Part shown: piece by piece, positions 58,126 through 64,000 of the stretch
Layout: every line of letters starts with the position of its first letter
How positions within the stretch are numbered: the first letter of the stretch is position 1
Assembly (NCBI GenBank): GCA_950097015.1
Contig: CATNEN010000004.1
Location: forward strand, 248,001-312,000
Direction: 5' to 3'
DNA: 64,000 nt
From: Macrostomum hystrix
Taxonomy: Eukaryota > Animalia > Platyhelminthes
Notes under the pieces: model-generated
Seen by the model: the letters and a program-made list of their open reading frames with translations, nothing else
What the model was told of the DNA's origin: nothing
Databases searched by the model: none
Translations under genes and position numbers: made by a program

Positions 58126-59948
58126 AGCCGCTGCTCAAGTGTGTCTTTGAGAGTGTGGTCGTGTAGAAAGCATACGTATCAGAAAGTTGGCTTCTGTGGG
58201 CATTCTCTTGTATGGTCTGTACATGTTGTATGGATGTGATTGGGATATCTATGGTTGAAATTGAATTCAAGATGCCGAAATCGAATGAGAGTCCTACACG
58301 CTACAACCCCCTCTTACCATAGACAGTACAATAGCTTTTGCTACGGTATGAAATTGAATGCCAGTTGCCGAAATTGTAATGTTGCTTGTTGAATCTGAAT
58401 GTGCGTTTGCTGAATTTGAATGTTTATTTGTCAAGCTAAATATAAACTGACGAATTTGATTGTCAGCTTGCCGAATTTGAATGCGAGTTTTGTTGAAATT
58501 TAACGGAAAAAAGGTGTACATGAGTTAGCAGAATGGGCGATCCTCGCCTCCCTGCTGTGTCCAAGGAACTCTGTAGGAACAAAGTCAAGTCAGTTGTGAT
58601 GACATAATTTTTGTGCATAATAAACTCTTGTATTTCGATCGGAAACGAAACGAACGGTGTTAGTACGAGCGTATTGTGGCGTAGGCAGAATATTTTTTGC
58701 TTTTTAAAAACTGTAATATAGTTTCGGAAATTCAGACAAATTACTTAGCTATTCGATCCGAGGATTTGCCTTGTCAAACTAAACTAAGCTTCAAAGCACA
58801 TTATCAATTTCAAACAAAAATCCAACTTCTAGCTTAGTGAGTCTACGATTAAAGACAGATGAAATGGTTATACAAATAATTAGAAGCAGCGTCAAGGAAA
58901 TCATATTAACTGATCGACATTTAAAATAAGATTAGTTCAAATACCAAGTTTTTCTTTTCTCTGAAAATAAAAAAAACATATTCAAACAATCGCCTTGAAA
59001 ATCCAGAACATGGGCTAAAATTTTCCGCTCTATCCGATGAAACAACTTCCAGAATTCCTAAACGTCAGCATCTTCGAGATATTCAACGATTCTCGTCGGA
59101 CTGTCTGGTGGCTTCAACCACCAATTTAGGCATATTTTTTCTGCTCACAAATTTTCATCATGTAATTACATGTCGGCTATTAATTGTTAATTTTTAATTT
59201 TTAATTTTTCGAACGCATATGGATTTGCCATAGAGGTTACTTCAGAGCAATGTTAGTTATTCTTGTCACCAGGGTTTTCGACAAAAATTGCTGAATAAAT
59301 CGATGAATGGCGGAAAATGTTAATCTTTCACATTTGCAGTGCAGGTATTTGAAATACCCCGTGGTCCATTCACTGGGGGGGAGAATAGCCTGGACTTTCT
59401 ACTGGGAAAAAATGTATGAATATGTAGAGATAAAGACGGAATAAACTTGCAAAAAAACAAAAAATTAAGCACCTTATTAAAGGTTAAAACGGTTAGAAAA
59501 AATGTTAAAGAATGGTCCATATTGAGTAGTCGCTCTGGATTATAAAAAATGGTATCTGTTGGCCCATTCACACTGCCATCAAGCGAGGTCAGAATACACG
59601 TTGTACATTGTTTCTATGACGCTTCAAAAAAATTTCTATACCAATTGCGAATCATTTGATGGCGGTGTGAACAAGCTTTTACGTTCGTAGAGCGCCGGAT
59701 GATTTTGAACCTTGGTCACTTTGTCACAATGAGGACATTATTGAAAATCGTTTCGATTTTTTCTAGATCTTTATCATAAAAACAGGGATTTGTTTTGTGA
59801 GCAAATGTCTATGCAGATAGGCGTTTGTACTTAGTCTCAAATCTTTTAAAGGTAGGAAAGCATAGTTGGAGTACACAAGAAGCAAATTAGCAGGAACAAG
59901 CCTCCGAAATTTTGTAGTTTAATCCTTTAAAGCGTTAGAATGAAGCAT

Positions 59949-62900
59949 CTATTCGATAGAGGACCCGTCTGCAGTCACAGATGCATCGCTGTTGGGTTCA
60001 ATATTTTCTTTTGCGCTTGTTGACTCGCCATCCGTACTCGTCTCAAGATCATCACTTGATGTCTCATCATCATTTGATTGAGATGACTCGTCAAATATTC
60101 GTGCTTGAGGCATGTACTGCGCATTAGTAATTGAATGATAAACATTACCAAGAGTTTCTTTGATTTCATCGATTTCTCTTTTAGTATTTTCGCAAGTGCT
60201 TGCGACATCTGCCAGTGCCTTGCTTACATGATTAATCCATTCGTTATTAGTTGTCAGAAACTGTCCAGCTAGTCTGGCATGACCAGCCAGAATTTCTTGG
60301 GTCTGGACTTGAAGAAGTGCCTTAATTGATTCTGTCTGTCTCACGTCGTCCGGATTCTGCAGTATGCTGCTTTCGCGCACCCAGGACTCTCTGACCTGCT
60401 CAGGCTGGACTGCGGTCGGATCACTCCCTGTTCTCCACTTGGGCCGCTCGCCATGGTCACCGTTGGAGGCCACAGTCGACGCCTCTGCCTGCTCCTCCGC
60501 TGAGTCCAAGAGGCTGAGTATGGGCGGACGCCACAGTTGATGGCGATGACGCCGCATGGTCTTCGCATGCAGCCTGGCAAACTCTTCTGGTAGTTCTGCT
60601 GGCTTGCTTTCGCTTGTGTTCCTCTGGCTGAGCTGTGTGAGGAGAAGGAAGAGAAAATTCTTGGACAATACGAGCTTAGTTGTGCAAAACGTCAAGAATT
60701 AAAAAACCACTGTTCTGACACGACCGCCTTACCTGATAGTGTTTGTATCGCTGAGAATAAACCAAAATGGCATTGAAGGCTCCAAAAATGGTAAACGGTG
60801 GCGCAAACCACGTCTTGTTGGCGAACTCCTGCAGCAGTTGGTACCTGCTGCGCCTCCAAATGGCCAGCGGCCTGGTTGCCATGCGAGTCACCGTCACGTT
60901 GAAAAGCGCGATGAGAAGATTCAGCATTACCACCCCGATTACGAGGAAGAAGATGAATAAAACAACATTCAGGAAGAAGTTCTGCCCACCGGAATTGGCG
61001 CAGTCGGTGGCGCTAGCGGTATGAGAACTGCAGGTCTCATACTCAACCTTCTCAAAAAAACCGGCGGTCAGATGCAATGGAATCGTGAAGATCCTACCGA
61101 AATTTCTTACCTCAACGTACTGCGAGTCGTCACTACGTATGGAAGTGCCCGGAAAAACTATGTTGAATACGAACACGCCAAACATTACATACATTACTAG
61201 CATTATAGCAAGGAACGGCAGAAGGTTGTGCCAGATGAGATCATGAAACATTGAAATCAGCGGGCCTATACTTCTAAAGTATCGTAGAAGACAAAAGGCC
61301 CTGAAGCACCACAAAACAAAGGAAACTGTCAGTGTTATCTGGCATCCGTAGACGATCTCCTCTTTTTCGCCTATTTCACTGCCTTCCGCAATGATGCGCT
61401 TCCAGATCAGCCCAACTAACATGGCTACAATGGCGAGAATATCGAAGACGTTAAAAACATCACGCAGGTAGTTTATTTTCAGCATCACCATATCAAACAC
61501 CTCTTGGAGCAAGAGAGAGATCAAATACCACCAGAAAATGTACTCTGGAACATGCCAATGAAAGTTGCGCCTGATGTCGATTATCCAAGCGGCAAAGGAC
61601 GTCAGGAAAAAAATGTATGCCAACGAATGCACCACAATCTTAGCTTTTACATTCAGTGAAGTGAAGCATCTGTACCTCCGACCAGCTGCCGGGTTATCCG
61701 CTCCTGTGCTGGGCTCTGACTGGTGGCACTCGCAGTTAAACCGCTTTAGTTCCTCATCAACAAAGTCAACCAGTAAGCAGGTCGCGTAGACTTCCTCGCA
61801 GTCATACAGCTCAATCATTTGCTTGATAGTGGCCTCCGATCTCTCCCACTGAGTTCGCTCCTTGGAACTGCAGCCTCCGATACATCTGAATCTTCCACTG
61901 TAGTTTAAACTCGGCTTGAAATAGCAGAATTTTCTCTCACTAGCCATAAAATCAAATATTATATTTCGCTCCTCGTCTCTTGCATCGGCGTACACGTGCT
62001 CAAAAGCGTTAATCAGCACACATTTCACCCTGTACTCCAGTGACCTTAGATGCGTGTCTTTTGCCTCGTAGCTGGTCTTCAAAGCTTGGATTTCGATTAG
62101 CACTCTAAGGCAAACTGGGATTAAGTCACTCTGGCGGGTGACTACAAAGTCAAAAAGTACCTGGACTCTGCGTAGATGTAGGACAATTTCAATGAAGTCA
62201 GGTTTTTGCTTTCCCCTGAATGCCTCTTCAAGACTCCCTATATTTGAGAGACCGTCGGCTTGAAGAAGGAGAGCAAATACTTCAGCCTCAACTGTAGGCG
62301 TTACTTTGAACCCTAGAGTCATGAGAGCGCGGAAGTGGTCGATCGAGTCCAGCCTGATGGCCTCCAGCAGCAGTGACACCTCTGGCCGCGTCCATTGATT
62401 ATAGTCAAGATTGGCGAGATGGAAGTCTGCATTTTCGCGCTTTTCTAACTGCTGCCTGGGGCTAGAAAAAGAGTCAAGCATTTGAGCAGCCTCTTGCTGA
62501 GTTGGCAACTGAACTCCTCGCCTGCCGGGATCAACGACGCTTTCAAACACATCGGGCTGGAAACTCTCCATAATTCTATCCAATGTCCTCTGGTGCCCAG
62601 CCCTACAGGCGAAGTCGTATGAGTTAAGCCCGTCATTTGTTTCATCTGCCATGGAAAACTTCTCCTCCAGCAAATAGCGTATATTCTGCTCATGGCCTCC
62701 CTCACAAGTAAAGTGCATAACGGTGCCACCTTGCTTCGGTCCGAAATCAACGGGTGAAAGGAGAAGATCGTACCATGAGCGATCGGAAACTGAGCACATC
62801 AACTCTTTAATTTCAATGTACGGATACCGACTGAAAAAATAGTTAATTGCATGAACTCTAGATGTGTTATAGAGCAACTTTTGCACCATGCTTTTCTCTC

Positions 62901-64000
62901 CGAAATGAAGGAAAATGTCTATAACCTGCCGCAGATTTATCATCGGCAACTCAGCAGCCTGGAAAAAGTTCTGATCGGCGCTATTTTCAGTGCAAGGATC
63001 AACGCCAGTCTTTATGAGCTGGAGCACCTCTCTAACAATCTCCTTCGCTGTGCAGTACAGCTGTTCGCTATCATTCTTGTCCCACAAAAACAGAGCATGC
63101 AGCAGTGTATTTCCAATCCGATCGCGTAGAATCCGCCTCTGCTCATCGCTCACCTCCTGCATGAGTCGAACATTCTTGCTGCCGAAAGCGAAGAAGGTCG
63201 AGTTTCTGAACTGGAGGTCTCGCTTTGCTGCTAGATATTTGAAGTTGTTGTCCTGAATCTCTTGCCTGATCACATCTGTCACATCGAAGCCGTATTTAGA
63301 GTTCCTGGCACTGAAATGAAGGCTTGAACGATGCTGATGATCAGTCTGTGAGAGGCCAGACAGCAGGCGTTCGTTATTGGAGTCCATTTTTAGTAGCTTC
63401 AGGAGCGACTGTATGCAACGACTGTTTTGATGCTGCAGAGCGAAGTGCAGTGGGGTTAATCCCGTCCAAGTCTCCACTCAGGAGGCTTTGTATCATACTT
63501 TTTAAAACATTATTTTCTGAACCATTCCTTTGCAGCCTCTTAAACAACCACTTAAGGTTGCGGCCGCCTGTGACTTTGTTCATTGCAACGTAGTGCAGGA
63601 CTGAGCGTTTTCGTTTGCAGGTCTCAAGCAACGCGTCGAAGTTGGGATTCTCGCCAAGCAGAGTCGCAAGCATGCTGGAGTCTCGCCTGTTCATGGCTCC
63701 GTAATGCAAGACAGTGCGACCCAGCGAGTCCTTGTCTGTGCCGCTGAAATTTAAGCCTCCGCTGCTCTCCATTTTTTGCTTGCCTGATGCCGCCTGGTAC
63801 TTTGCTGCCACGAGGCTTATTGACTTTCCCGTATTAGAAGCGCGCATGTCTATCGGAGGACCTTCCTCATTGCGCACCTGTGTTAGGATCTCTACAAAAA
63901 ACTCACGCTTGGCACAACGTTGCATGGCGGACTTTCCTGATTTAGTCTCCTTTAAGAAAAACTTTTTTTTCAGTGTTCTGACGGCTTGCTCGACAACACT
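59949..64000 (-). CDS. Ankyrin-repeat TRP-family cation channel with TRPM-like S5-pore-S6, TRP box and coiled coil; 5' end outside the window; join(64000..60733,60632..59949) with one apparent frameshift near 63460
   Basis: Ankyrin motifs GKSAMQRCA, GRTVLHYGA, RSVLHYVA, GLTPLHFA, GNTLLHAL, GTVMHFTC; six TMs; SIGPLISM..LLPFL, LNLLIALFNVT, IWRRSRYQLLQEF..FAPPF. 100-bp phase-0 intron (CAG|GTAAGG..CACAG|CTC). The frame is open to the window edge. Confidence 0.85.

Larger units (their letters stand above)
51159..58516 (-). mobile_element. Non-autonomous Tc1/mariner (TRT/DD37E-like) DNA transposon, ~1.1 kb, interrupted by LINE B
   Basis: 263-bp TIRs: left 51159-51286 plus 57542-57676, right 58254-58516; TA flanks on both sides (TA|CACC..GGTG|TA). 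The interior encodes a transposase N-terminal HTH remnant joined to a C-terminal remnant. Confidence 0.8.

Overview
Eukaryotic (metazoan) genomic DNA. GC-rich, intron-poor genes sit among very dense minisatellite arrays; this style suggests the flatworm Macrostomum lignano, but that is inference only. Host genes: ESRP/fusilli-like qRRM splicing factor (+, 4 exons seen, 5' end outside the window), dynein light chain Roadblock (-), a Tre1/moody/melatonin-receptor-like GPCR (-), a Src-family kinase (+), Rab7 (-), and a 5'-truncated ankyrin-repeat TRP channel with a TRPM-like pore and C-terminus (-). Mobile DNA: two full-length ~6.2 kb LOA/R1-type LINEs (APE-RT-RNase H), each with a 12-bp TSD; two internally deleted Ty3/Gypsy elements; a tRNA-derived SINE with a 16-bp TSD; and a non-autonomous Tc1/mariner (TRT-like) element with 263-bp TIRs that hosts the second LINE. 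Main result of the hunt: both LINEs begin at the same nucleotide (GCTCGC...), which is G1 of a predicted HDV-like self-cleaving ribozyme with a 160-nt J1/2 insertion. A 97-bp monomer array follows it, and this near-identical 5' module is shared by two LINEs whose ORFs are strongly diverged. All structures were derived by eye; no folding or database searches were run.
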